From: a virus
Taxonomy: Duplodnaviria > Caudoviricetes
DNA length: 64,000 nt
Reading direction: 5' to 3' (one strand)
IMG/VR virus record: IMGVR_UViG_3300027963_003275
Span: 1 to 64,000 of that record
The position numbers were made by a program, and so were the translations under genes. The notes beneath the pieces were generated by a model that was given only the letters and a program-made list of their open reading frames with translations, had not been told where the DNA came from and made no database searches. Position 1 is the stretch's first letter. Every line of letters starts with the position of its first letter. Below, piece by piece: positions 49,034 through 58,105 of this stretch.

Positions 49034-50194
49034 ATGTCCCTATCCACCAATACCGTTTATAGAGTTTTTGTAGAAAAACTTGGTGGTGCTAATCCAACTA
49101 CCTTTGTGGGGGATGAAGGTGAAGTATTTTATAATCCAAATGATGGTGTTCTAAAAATATCAGATGGTTCTACTCCAACTGGAATAGTTATGAACCCAAT
49201 AATGCCAGTTGGTTTTTTTACACCACCAGATAATCACTGGTATGTAAATCCAAATAGAACTGATACATACACTTCAACTGGTTCTGTTGCTGCTCCTTAT
49301 AAAACTGTTGGTGCAGCATTAAGTGCAATTCAAAATGCTCTACAAACTGGAATTGTATCTTTTACTGATAATGGAGATAGTATTGCAAATCCACAATTTG
49401 TTATTCTTCAAAGTTCTACAACAGAGAATATAGGACTTACAACAGGACACATTTATATTCAAGGAGATACTACAAGTGGTTCTCAAATGCCCATATGGAT
49501 TTATGGAACAGTCACCATCAATCCAACAGGAGGAACTTTATATCAAAACCGATTTGGACTTTCTAATCTTGGTATTGTAAATACTGGAAGTATTCCAGGT
49601 ATTGCAGCAACGCACTCATTAATAGTTACTGGTTCAGCACCTCTTCGTTGTTATCTAAATGATTGTAATATCATTGCAGGTTCTACAGGAAATCAGGCAA
49701 TTTTTATGGATAATAGTGGAACTGGAACTCAATTATATGCAGAAGTTCAACAATTATCCAGAGCAGGTACAGCAGGAACTGATTATATTGCAAAAGTCAG
49801 TAAAGGATATGCATTTTTTAGTAACTGCTCAACTGGTGGTTCAACTGCTACATTTAATGTAAGTGGAACAGGAACTCTACAAATCCAGTATAGTAAAATT
49901 GAAAGTGCTGGAGAAGCCTGTGTAAAAGTTGATGGTGGAACTGCTATAGTTACTAGCACATCTCTAACAAATACTGTAGGACATGGAGTATCAATGACTG
50001 CTGGTACTCTTGTAACAATCAATAATTACTTTGATATACCTACATCTCCTGCTACTAACAGAGCAATTGCTGGTGTCTCTGGAGTTTTCGTTTTTCATTC
50101 CAATACAGTAGTTGCTTATTTAAAAAATTCAAAGTATAGCACTGCAATTGGTGCTGGATATATTGGATTAGTAACTGCATTAACTGCATTATAA
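49034..50194 (+). CDS. Tailspike-like protein with fibre-type N-terminus and beta-helix (pectin-lyase-like) body
   Basis: GEVFYNP..GVLKISDGSTP.G; WYVNP...GSVAAPYKTV..AL; repetitive beta strands; TATAAATA at 49004. Confidence 0.6.
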   Translation: MSLSTNTVYRVFVEKLGGANPTTFVGDEGEVFYNPNDGVLKISDGSTPTGIVMNPIMPVGFFTPPDNHWYVNPNRTDTYTSTGSVAAPYKTVGAALSAIQNALQTGIVSFTDNGDSIANPQFVILQSSTTENIGLTTGHIYIQGDTTSGSQMPIWIYGTVTINPTGGTLYQNRFGLSNLGIVNTGSIPGIAATHSLIVTGSAPLRCYLNDCNIIAGSTGNQAIFMDNSGTGTQLYAEVQQLSRAGTAGTDYIAKVSKGYAFFSNCSTGGSTATFNVSGTGTLQIQYSKIESAGEACVKVDGGTAIVTSTSLTNTVGHGVSMTAGTLVTINNYFDIPTSPATNRAIAGVSGVFVFHSNTVVAYLKNSKYSTAIGAGYIGLVTALTAL

Positions 50195-50212
50195 TTTATT
50201 TGAGGAAGGGGG

Positions 50213-50246
50213 TTGACAGGATTTGCTGACAATGCTATGATAAATA
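50213..50246 (+). promoter_or_regulatory. Composite sigma70 + late promoter (copy 2, psbA)
   Basis: TTGACA-17-TATGAT overlapping ATAAATA. Confidence 0.78.
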
Positions 50247-50390
50247 GATGTTAAGGGATGTAACGTTTCTTAATCTTGCCGCACCAGGAATAGGCAAGTA
50301 AAATCCGTCCTTATACCTACGCAGGAGGGTTGCGTAGGAATACTTTTACCGTTCAGCACCTCCTGAACTATTACCTACCCCTTTAACGAA
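50246..50390 (+). ncRNA. PhotoRC-II-like psbA leader RNA
   Basis: Hairpins CTTGCC/GGCAAG, CCTACGCA/TGCGTAGG, GTTCAG/CTGAAC; GGAGG/CCTCC pseudoknot potential. Confidence 0.65.
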
Positions 50391-50393
50391 AAA

Positions 50394-51473
50394 ATGACTG
50401 CTACAATTGCTACACGCAAAACTTTTAATGTCTGGGACGAATTCTGCTCCTGGGTGACTTCTACCGATAACCGTCTTTATGTTGGTTGGTTCGGTGTTCT
50501 GATGATTCCAACGTTGCTTGCTGCAACCACTTGTTTTATCATCGCATTCATCGGTGCTCCCCCTGTGGACATTGATGGCATTCGTGAACCTGTTTCTGGT
50601 TCATTAATGTATGGAAACAACATTATCTCTGGTGCTGTTGTTCCTTCCTCTAATGCTATTGGACTTCACTTGTATCCTATCTGGGAAGCTGCTTCTCTGG
50701 ATGAATGGTTATACAATGGTGGACCTTTTCAACTTGTTATATTTCACTTTCTCATTGGTATCTTTTGCTATATGGGTCGTGAATGGGAACTCTCTTACCG
50801 TCTAGGTATGCGTCCTTGGATTATGGTTGCTTACTCTGCACCTGTTGCTGCTGCGACTGCCGTATTCCTGGTGTATCCTTTCGGTCAAGGTTCTTTCTCT
50901 GATGCTATGCCTTTGGGCATTTCCGGTACTTTTAACTATATGCTTGTCTTCCAGGCAGAACATAACATCCTTATGCACCCATTCCACATGCTTGGAGTTG
51001 CTGGTGTCTTCGGTGGTTCACTTTTTAGCGCAATGCACGGTTCGCTAGTGACTTCTTCACTGGTTCGTGAAACTACTGAAACTGAATCGCAGAATTATGG
51101 TTATAAGTTCGGACAAGAAGAAGAGACATACAACATCGTTGCTGCTCATGGTTATTTTGGTCGTCTTATCTTCCAATATGCGTCCTTTAATAACTCGCGT
51201 TCATTGCACTTCTTCCTGGCTGCTTGGCCTGTTGTAGGCATCTGGTTCACTGCTCTTGGTGTATCCACGATGGCTTTCAATTTGAATGGACTGAATTTTA
51301 ACCAATCGATCCTTGATAGTCAGGGTCGTGTTGTAAACACCTGGGCTGATATCCTAAATCGTGCCAATCTTGGGTTTGAGGTGGTTCACGAGAGAAATGC
51401 ACATAACTATCCTTTGGATCTTGCTGCAGTATCTACTACTGAAGTTGCTTTGACTGCTCCAAGTATTGGATAA
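50394..51473 (+). CDS. psbA: Photosystem II D1 protein
   Basis: [39 protein letters not shown]; no intron. Confidence 0.99.
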   Translation: MTATIATRKTFNVWDEFCSWVTSTDNRLYVGWFGVLMIPTLLAATTCFIIAFIGAPPVDIDGIREPVSGSLMYGNNIISGAVVPSSNAIGLHLYPIWEAASLDEWLYNGGPFQLVIFHFLIGIFCYMGREWELSYRLGMRPWIMVAYSAPVAAATAVFLVYPFGQGSFSDAMPLGISGTFNYMLVFQAEHNILMHPFHMLGVAGVFGGSLFSAMHGSLVTSSLVRETTETESQNYGYKFGQEEETYNIVAAHGYFGRLIFQYASFNNSRSLHFFLAAWPVVGIWFTALGVSTMAFNLNGLNFNQSILDSQGRVVNTWADILNRANLGFEVVHERNAHNYPLDLAAVSTTEVALTAPSIG

Positions 51474-51822
51474 GTTTAGATAAAATCTGAATATTATCCC
51501 CAACTAATCCGAGTGCAGTGTTGCAGTTATTGCATAACACTCCTCGGATTTTTTCTTTATTGTGGCAGTGGTCAATACATTTTTTATTTGTTATATCTCT
51601 ACTACATACTTGGCAGTTATCGTGCTTCATAAGTTCATTATATTCTGCTTCCGATAATTTGAATTTTCTCCTCATATATTCGTGAGGTTTATAATATTGC
51701 TTTCTATTTTTAGTAGAACATTCTTTACATTTTGGTTGAAGTCCTATTTTGCCAGAACTATAAGTTCTTTTATGGAACAAATCTTCTGATAGTTCCATCT
51801 CACAAGAAGTGCAAGTTTTCAT
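51436..51822 (-). CDS. Endonuclease-VII-family (F-CphI-like) free-standing homing endonuclease
   Basis: CxxC pairs, IDHCH...[14 protein letters not shown]; minus-strand TATAAATA at 51848-55. Confidence 0.88.
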   Translation of the reverse strand: MKTCTSCEMELSEDLFHKRTYSSGKIGLQPKCKECSTKNRKQYYKPHEYMRRKFKLSEAEYNELMKHDNCQVCSRDITNKKCIDHCHNKEKIRGVLCNNCNTALGLVGDNIQILSKLIQYLEQSKQLQ

Positions 51823-51873
51823 TATTGTAATGCGTATTTTCTATACTTATTTATAATAAATAATCAATAAAAA

Positions 51874-51939
51874 ATGCTCCTCATCCTCATACTCTTCCAA
51901 CTCTTCGGAGTGTTCCTCTTTCTAATGTCCCTACTATGA
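51874..51939 (+). CDS. Possible 21-aa hydrophobic peptide
   Basis: MLLILILFQLFGVFLFLMSLL; ATGA-coupled to next ORF. Confidence 0.4.
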   Translation: MLLILILFQLFGVFLFLMSLL

Positions 51940-52064
51940 TTTCCTCACACACCCCATATAAACTCGCAGAGATTATCAGAGATACGTGGTATAATCTATA
52001 TACACCAACCAAGTACAATCAAATTCACAAACAACTTAAATTGAGAGAGAAACCAAAAAAATGA
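51936..52064 (+). CDS. Small hypothetical protein (42 aa, MISSHTPYKLAEIIRDTW...)
   Basis: ATGA-coupled on both sides; manual translation. Confidence 0.55.
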   Translation: MISSHTPYKLAEIIRDTWYNLYTPTKYNQIHKQLKLREKPKK

Positions 52065-52378
52065 ACAAGTATAATACCGAAGATTACTTTTCCGTCATTG
52101 AGACTAAGACTGGTAGAAAAATTGTAGATTGTGGTGACGAACAAGATGCTCATGCAATGGTTGCATTTGATCCTGCCAATCGCACTTATACCAGGAATAA
52201 GTTTCTGATGGGTCAAGTGATTGATATAGTGATGCCCAAAGCACTTCCTACCAATGAGATAGTCCAAGGTGCTACTGGTAGTTCTTCGGAAATTCCAACT
52301 GCAACTGGTGTCAATGGACCTGGACCACTACCTCAAATCAAACTACCAGAAGGACAACAAGAACCCTTTGTGGTATGA
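52061..52378 (+). CDS. Hypothetical protein
   Basis: TGRKIVDCGDEQDA motif. Confidence 0.7.
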   Translation: MNKYNTEDYFSVIETKTGRKIVDCGDEQDAHAMVAFDPANRTYTRNKFLMGQVIDIVMPKALPTNEIVQGATGSSSEIPTATGVNGPGPLPQIKLPEGQQEPFVV

Positions 52379-52572
52379 ATCACCGAAAGCATAAACAATC
52401 TGATAATCTTAAAAAGAAGAGGATGTACACACCTGAGGGTTACCTAAAAGATCCCCCAGATACTAAATGTCCATACTGTGGGGAAACTAAAAAAGCATGT
52501 TCTTATGTAAATAGTTTATCAAGAGCATGGGCACGAGATGCCTGTGCTCATAAATACAAAAAAAAACTATAG
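52375..52572 (+). CDS. Small Cys-containing hypothetical protein
   Basis: CPYC...C...C. Confidence 0.65.
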   Translation: MNHRKHKQSDNLKKKRMYTPEGYLKDPPDTKCPYCGETKKACSYVNSLSRAWARDACAHKYKKKL

Positions 52573-52579
52573 CAATTAA

Positions 52580-54163
52580 ATGGGAAGATACATTAAGACA
52601 AGAATTGTTACTAGTGGATTGATTTATGTGAATGATGCAGGAAATACTAAGTCATATTCTGGTGTTGGAACAGCAGTTAAAAACTTAGTCGGTTATGGTG
52701 CGACTAATACAACATTTAATCAAACATTTGTATCTTCAGGGACAACAAGTTATTTTGTATCAACAGGTTCAACTTCTTATATAAGCAATACAAATGTTTC
52801 TGTATCTGCTTCAACAGGTCGTGGATTTACTATTTGTATGATGATTAAACCACAAACTTTAACGAATAGTGAATGGAATTATTGGTTTCAACAGGATAGC
52901 TCTAGGTCTTCCGTACAATTTGGAAGATATGGAACTTCTGGTGGATGGGAGATGAAAGATAATGCAAAACAAGAAGGAGAAAAAACATTCACTTCAGTTG
53001 GCACTACAACTTGGACGGTTCCAGTTGGTGTAACTACTATCACTGCTATTTGTATTGGTGCTGGAGGAGGTGGTGGAGGTCATAATTTTGATGAAGGAGG
53101 AGGTGGAGGTGGAGGTGGAGGACTGTCATTTGGTTCTACTATATCTGTAACTCCTGGTGATATTTTGTATATAAGAGTTGGTTCTGGTGGAACTGGAGGA
53201 ATTTCAACAACTTCAAGTAGTTCCAATGTTGCTGGAGCAGGTTCAACTGGAGGATCAAGTTATATAAAAACAGGATCACATTCTGGAACTTCACTTCTTG
53301 AGGCTTTTGGTGGAACTGGAGGACAAGGAGGTGATGGTCCAGGATCTCCAAATCCTGGAGTTGGTGGAACATCTGGTGGAACTGCTAGAACTAATGGTGG
53401 TTCTGGTGGAATTGGAGGAAGAGGGGGAAGTTTTTATTCTGGTGGAGGTGGTGGTGCTGGTGGATATACTGGAGTTGGGGGAACTGGTGCTATGTCTTCT
53501 GGGACTACTGCTTCAGATAGAGCTACCTCTGGTCTTGGAGGTGGTGGTGGAGGGGGAGGAAATAGCCAACCCAGCACACTTATCAATTCATATACAGAAA
53601 TTTTAAATTCTGGTGGTGGAGTTGGGATATATGGATCTGGATCTAACGGATCTGGAGGAAACTACACATCAGGATATTCTAATAGGGGTGGAGGTGGAGG
53701 AAGTTCAGGAACAACTGGAGATTCTGCTGGGGGACTTTATGGTGGAGGTGGAGGAACAAGACCAGAGAGTACTCTGGGAATTAATTTTGTAAGAAATGGT
53801 GGAACTGGTGGACAAGGTGCTGTAAGAATTGTCTGGGGAAGTGGCAGATCGTATCCAACCACTAGTATTTCTAATACTCCCATACCACCAAAACAATCTA
53901 CATCTTTTTCTGATTGGACTTTTGTTGTTTGTGGAGTAACAACAAACTATTATACTTTTATATCAACTAATGGAAGCACTAAGACCTTGGGATCTTCTAA
54001 TGATTGGAACAACTCTGATGAAATTAATTTGGATAAAATATTTGGAACAGGAACAAACAATTATAGTTGCTTATGGAATAATGTGATGATTTATAATCGT
54101 GAATTAACAAATGATGAAATTCAAATAAACTTTGAAGCATATAGACGTAAGTTTAATCTTTAA
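52580..54163 (+). CDS. Gly-rich fibre-like protein with LamG-like termini (paralogue 1)
   Basis: DAGNTKSYSG N-terminus, TWTVPVGVT..GGGGG Gly-rich core, IYNRELT..EIQ.NF C-terminus. Confidence 0.75.
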   Translation: MGRYIKTRIVTSGLIYVNDAGNTKSYSGVGTAVKNLVGYGATNTTFNQTFVSSGTTSYFVSTGSTSYISNTNVSVSASTGRGFTICMMIKPQTLTNSEWNYWFQQDSSRSSVQFGRYGTSGGWEMKDNAKQEGEKTFTSVGTTTWTVPVGVTTITAICIGAGGGGGGHNFDEGGGGGGGGGLSFGSTISVTPGDILYIRVGSGGTGGISTTSSSSNVAGAGSTGGSSYIKTGSHSGTSLLEAFGGTGGQGGDGPGSPNPGVGGTSGGTARTNGGSGGIGGRGGSFYSGGGGGAGGYTGVGGTGAMSSGTTASDRATSGLGGGGGGGGNSQPSTLINSYTEILNSGGGVGIYGSGSNGSGGNYTSGYSNRGGGGGSSGTTGDSAGGLYGGGGGTRPESTLGINFVRNGGTGGQGAVRIVWGSGRSYPTTSISNTPIPPKQSTSFSDWTFVVCGVTTNYYTFISTNGSTKTLGSSNDWNNSDEINLDKIFGTGTNNYSCLWNNVMIYNRELTNDEIQINFEAYRRKFNL

Positions 54164-54207
54164 AAATTAAATTTTTAAAATAAATAAAAATAAAAATAAA
54201 AAGTATA

Positions 54208-55821
54208 ATGACAATAGCACATAGTCCTCGTATTGTTATTAATGGATTGATTTATGCGAATGATGCGGGAAATACTAAGTCATATTCTGGTGTTGGAACA
54301 GCAATCAAGAATCTAGTTGGTTATGGTGCGACTAATACAGCATTTAATCAAACATTTGTATCTTCAGGGACAACAAGTTATTTTGAATCAACAGGATCTT
54401 CATCTTATATAAGCAATACAAATGTAAGTGTAAGTGCCTCTACGGGAAGAGGATTTACGATTTGTATGATGGTAAAACCACAAACTTTAACGAGTAGTGG
54501 ATGGAATTATTGGTTTCAACAGGAAAGTTCTATAACTTCAGTACAATTTGGAAGATATGGAACTTCTAATGGATGGCAGATGAAAGATAGTGCTGCTCTT
54601 GATGGAGAGCAGGTATTAACTACAGTTGGTACTACAACTTGGACTGTTCCTGTTGGTGTAACTTCTGTCACTGCTGTTTGTGTTGGTGGTGGTGGAGGTG
54701 GAGGTGGATTTAGTCCATCATCATCAGGTGGTGGTGGTGCTGGAGGAGGTGGTGGAGGTGGAGTTGCTTATGGTTCTTTTTCTGTAACTCCTGGAGATAC
54801 TCTTTATATTAGAGTTGGTTCTGGAGGTACTGGAGGTATTTCTCAGTTTTCTCCTACTAATGGAACTTCAGGTCAATCAAGTTATATAAAAACAGGATCA
54901 CATTCTGGAACTTCACTTCTTGAAGGTGGAGGTGGAGGTGGTGGAGTAGCAGGTTCAATTGGTGATTTTGGTACTAGTGGAAGTGGAGGTTCTTCTACAG
55001 GAACTGCAAGAAGTGGTGGAACATCGGGTGGAACTGGTGGAGCTGGATCTTCTGCTTTTCGTGGTGGTAGAGGTGGTGGAGGAGGTGGAGCAGGTGGATA
55101 TGGAACATCAGGATTTGGTGGTGGAAATGGAGGAAGCAATGTGACCGATCTCACAGATAATACAGGTGGATATGGAACCAATGGTGCAGGAGGTGGCGGT
55201 GGTGTTTCTAGTAGCTTAAGTAGTGATGTGAATAATTATGGTGGTGGAGTCGGTATATATGATGGGACTAGATTTACTGGTGCAGTTGGTGCCCCAGGGG
55301 GTGAGACTGCTCTTCCTGGGTCTAATAATTCTGGTGGTTTTGGTGGAAATTCTAGTGGGGGTACTAGTTTGAGTGAAACTACAAAATCAGTTGCTGGAAG
55401 TTATGGAGGAGGAGGAGGTACGATGAGGGCCAACACTACTACTTTTGTAAGAAGTGGTGGAACTGGTGGTCAAGGTGCTGTGAGAATTGTTTGGGGTTAT
55501 GGTAGAAATTTTGCTAATAATACTTCAATTGGATCAAGCATACCATCAACACAAACAGTATCATTTAGTGATTGGACTTTTGTTGTTTGCGGAGTAACAA
55601 CAAACTACTATACTTTTATATCCACAAATGCATCTACTAAAACTTTAGGTTCTTTGAATGATTGGAACAACTCTGATGAAATTAATTTGGATAAAATATT
55701 TGGAACAGGGACAAGTAATTATGATTGCTTATGGAACAATGTGATGATTTATAATCGTGAATTAACAAATGAAGAAATTCAAATAAACTTTGAAGCATAC
55801 AGACGTAAGTTTAATCTCTAA
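54208..55821 (+). CDS. Gly-rich fibre-like protein with LamG-like termini (paralogue 2)
   Basis: Same architecture; near-identical termini to paralogue 1. Confidence 0.75.
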   Translation: MTIAHSPRIVINGLIYANDAGNTKSYSGVGTAIKNLVGYGATNTAFNQTFVSSGTTSYFESTGSSSYISNTNVSVSASTGRGFTICMMVKPQTLTSSGWNYWFQQESSITSVQFGRYGTSNGWQMKDSAALDGEQVLTTVGTTTWTVPVGVTSVTAVCVGGGGGGGGFSPSSSGGGGAGGGGGGGVAYGSFSVTPGDTLYIRVGSGGTGGISQFSPTNGTSGQSSYIKTGSHSGTSLLEGGGGGGGVAGSIGDFGTSGSGGSSTGTARSGGTSGGTGGAGSSAFRGGRGGGGGGAGGYGTSGFGGGNGGSNVTDLTDNTGGYGTNGAGGGGGVSSSLSSDVNNYGGGVGIYDGTRFTGAVGAPGGETALPGSNNSGGFGGNSSGGTSLSETTKSVAGSYGGGGGTMRANTTTFVRSGGTGGQGAVRIVWGYGRNFANNTSIGSSIPSTQTVSFSDWTFVVCGVTTNYYTFISTNASTKTLGSLNDWNNSDEINLDKIFGTGTSNYDCLWNNVMIYNRELTNEEIQINFEAYRRKFNL

Positions 55822-55844
55822 ATAATCATAAGTTGCAAATACTT

Positions 55845-56216
55845 ATGGTTCCTCTACATTCGTTCAAGGACTATCTGTTTAATCTAGAGACAACAAGTAA
55901 AGCAGAAGCAAAACGAATGTGGAGGAGGATTATAAAAGAACAATGGGAACATAAGTGTGCCTATTGTAATTCAGAAGACAATATCACACTAGACCACATC
56001 ACTCCACAGTGTAAGGGTGGTCTGGACATTAAGACTAATGTAGTTGCTTGCTGTCATTCGTGCAATCAATCTAAGGGACATACTCCTTGGGAGCAGTGGT
56101 ATTATAATCAAGACTTCTTTACAGAAGCAAAAAGAGATGCTATAGTAAAATGGATGAAACCAGAAGAAAATTCAAATCTATATAAGTATAGACCAAGAAG
56201 AAATAATGCGTCTTAA
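55845..56216 (+). CDS. HNH endonuclease
   Basis: CAYC...TLDHITP...GG...NVVACCHSCNQSKG. Confidence 0.9.
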   Translation: MVPLHSFKDYLFNLETTSKAEAKRMWRRIIKEQWEHKCAYCNSEDNITLDHITPQCKGGLDIKTNVVACCHSCNQSKGHTPWEQWYYNQDFFTEAKRDAIVKWMKPEENSNLYKYRPRRNNAS

Positions 56217-56221
56217 CATTC

Positions 56222-56317
56222 ATGGATGATGGTAGTATCTACCCCATTGCAGCAAATGTAATGGGGACCTTAATTTCAATTTTAATAATTCTTATACCCT
56301 TATTAATAATTTTATGA
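56222..56317 (+). CDS. Possible 31-aa TM peptide
   Basis: MDDGSIYPIAANVMGTLISILIILIPLLIIL; ATGA-coupled to nrdC. Confidence 0.45.
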   Translation: MDDGSIYPIAANVMGTLISILIILIPLLIIL

Positions 56318-56562
56318 ATTTTACAGTTTATTCAAAAAAAGGTTGTCCTTATTGTGACAAAATTAAAATGGTTTTGGGTGATTTGAGTGTCAAAAAAGGA
56401 TACCCAGTTATTTGTTATGAACTTGGAACTGAATTTACAAGAGAGCAATTCTATGCTGAATTTGGAGAAGGTTCTACATTTCCACAAGTTGTTTTTGAAC
56501 AAAAACATATTGGTGGATGTAGTGATACCGTGAAGTACTTACAAGAGAATAATATGTTTTAA
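56314..56562 (+). CDS. nrdC: Glutaredoxin
   Basis: CPYC, TFPQV, IGGC. Confidence 0.92.
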   Translation: MNFTVYSKKGCPYCDKIKMVLGDLSVKKGYPVICYELGTEFTREQFYAEFGEGSTFPQVVFEQKHIGGCSDTVKYLQENNMF

Positions 56563-56747
56563 TGAGTACTATAAATAATTCTGGAAGAACAGACATCAAT
56601 CGTGGTGTTGAGTTATTACTTCGCAAAAAAGGAGGGACAAATCAACCAGAATTGGATTCCAGACAGTTCAGTTTTGGGAAAATGTTTTCTCTTTTTAAAC
56701 GAGAGATACATTTTAAAATTGAACTAAGAGTGGCAAAGAAAACGTAA
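56562..56747 (+). CDS. Hypothetical protein
   Basis: INRGVELLLR motif; coupled ORF. Confidence 0.65.
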   Translation: MSTINNSGRTDINRGVELLLRKKGGTNQPELDSRQFSFGKMFSLFKREIHFKIELRVAKKT

Positions 56748-56764
56748 TCTCTTGGAGAAAAAAA

Positions 56765-56995
56765 ATGTTAGCATCAGAACTCACCATTTTCACTATATTA
56801 ACTTTTTTATTTTTACTTGTGGGTGGAGTAATAGGTTGGCTAACGAAGTCTCACTTGTATGAAAATCAAGTTAGACAATTTTACACTCATCCAGAAATGT
56901 TTGATGAGAACGGTAATCTTATACCAGACGAAATTTTAGCAGTACGATTTGAAAATTATGACGACGACAACGACGACGAAGAAGACAGAGACTGA
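56765..56995 (+). CDS. Small membrane protein
   Basis: TM then HPEMFDENGN, acidic tail. Confidence 0.75.
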   Translation: MLASELTIFTILTFLFLLVGGVIGWLTKSHLYENQVRQFYTHPEMFDENGNLIPDEILAVRFENYDDDNDDEEDRD

Positions 56996-57515
56996 ACTCG
57001 AAATTCTTCCTCCAAATCCATTTATATTTGAAATCCTTGCTCTTGCTTCAAAACAAAGATCAAAGGCAAAGAAAGTAGAAGTTCTTAAAACCTACGAACA
57101 CGATTCATTAAAAGCAATTTTTATTTGGAATTTTGATGAATCAATAATATCTGTTTTACCAGAAGGTGATGTTCCATTTTTTGGTGAGAATGATATGAAG
57201 ATATCAACAATGTCTGAAAGAATTGAAGATGCAATCAAGCAAATGAATGGTTCATCAATAGGAGCACTTGATCAAAGATATTCTACAATTCGTAAAGAAT
57301 ATACTAAGTTTTATAATTTTATTAAAGGTGGAAACGATACATTGAATGGAATTCGTAGAGAAAATATTTTTGTAAATCTTTTGGAAGGTTTGCATCCTTT
57401 GGAAGCAGAAATTCTTTGTTTGTGTAAAGATAAGAAACTTGAAAGTAGATATAAAGTCAATAAAGAGATTATTTCGGAAGCATACCCTGATATTGTTTGG
57501 GGAAATAGAGGTTGA
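56958..57515 (+). CDS. Conserved T4-like phage hypothetical protein
   Basis: LPEGDVP, RRENIFVNLLEGLHPLEAE. Confidence 0.8.
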   Translation: MTTTTTTKKTETELEILPPNPFIFEILALASKQRSKAKKVEVLKTYEHDSLKAIFIWNFDESIISVLPEGDVPFFGENDMKISTMSERIEDAIKQMNGSSIGALDQRYSTIRKEYTKFYNFIKGGNDTLNGIRRENIFVNLLEGLHPLEAEILCLCKDKKLESRYKVNKEIISEAYPDIVWGNRG

Positions 57516-57790
57516 AAACTGGAGGAAAAATATTGAATATTATACATAAAGACTGCGATAAATCATTATCAAAAGATACAAGTCTTCCTATTAATTCTTA
57601 TCTTGTGACGTATCTTGTAAAAGATACAGAAAAATATGATATAGTACAAGCAGGTGGTAAGGTTGAAGTGTTTGATACTTATTATGATGAGTATGGAAAG
57701 GGAGCACTGAAAGAAATTAAATGGACTGATGGAAAAATAAATCCAAAGATGTATGGGTATGTTCCCAAAGAAACGAAAAAACGCAGATAA
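57512..57790 (+). CDS. Hypothetical protein (start uncertain)
   Basis: LPINSYLVTY...YDIV...FD.YYD. Confidence 0.7.
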   Translation: MKTGGKILNIIHKDCDKSLSKDTSLPINSYLVTYLVKDTEKYDIVQAGGKVEVFDTYYDEYGKGALKEIKWTDGKINPKMYGYVPKETKKRR

Positions 57791-57833
57791 AAGTAGCAGC
57801 ACGATACAAAAAAAATATCTGTTGCTACTTTTT
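57789..57833 (+). terminator. Terminator-like inverted repeat
   Basis: AAAAGTAGCAGC...GTTGCTACTTTT. Confidence 0.5.
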
Positions 57834-57857
57834 CATGTTTATGCTAATATATACAGT

Positions 57858-58073
57858 ACGTTCAACCCATTTTGGGTCGGAAGTAAGCCGACGCGGAACG
57901 GATCGTTCATCTATGGAAACACTCTTACTCAGTTGTCTTCAGGCACAATTGATTATTGGAAGAGTTATGAAGGCAAATATGCCTCCACAAACTCGTAATG
58001 ATTTAATTTGGGAAATCAAAAAGGTTACTCCCAAAAGGTGTAAAATAGACGCAAACGCCGACTGAAGGAACGC
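57858..58073 (+). ncRNA. Tandem glnA (glutamine-I) riboswitch; second aptamer has an ORF in its P2 loop
   Basis: Aptamer 1 CGTTCA-ACCCA/TGGGT-CGGAAGTAAG...GGAACG; aptamer 2 CGTTCATCTAT...ATAGACGCAAAC...CTGAAGGAACG. Confidence 0.8.
57913..58065 (+). CDS. 50-aa ORF nested in riboswitch aptamer 2 (METLLLSCLQAQLII...)
   Basis: ATG at P2 5' strand, TGA inside the CTGAAGGAACG strand. Confidence 0.6.
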   Translation: METLLLSCLQAQLIIGRVMKANMPPQTRNDLIWEIKKVTPKRCKIDANAD

Positions 58074-58105
58074 TCTTTAATCTAAACAACTAAGGAGAAA
58101 ACCTA

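Noticed and set aside
50394-51473. Group I intron in psbA, and a psbD gene
   Set aside because: psbA is an uninterrupted 359-aa ORF; no D2 sequence in this window
52580-55821. Diversity-generating retroelement template/variable repeat pair
   Set aside because: No reverse transcriptase in the window; both copies are full genes and differences are not confined to adenines
57793-57828. NtcA boxes upstream of the riboswitch
   Set aside because: GTA-N9-TAC has the wrong spacing and ATA-N8-TAC has a mismatch; explained equally well as a terminator-like inverted repeat
57753-57998. Alternative ORFs across the riboswitch (57753 and 57835 starts)
   Set aside because: They run through a terminator-like repeat and aptamer 1; ATG 57913 is the more plausible start
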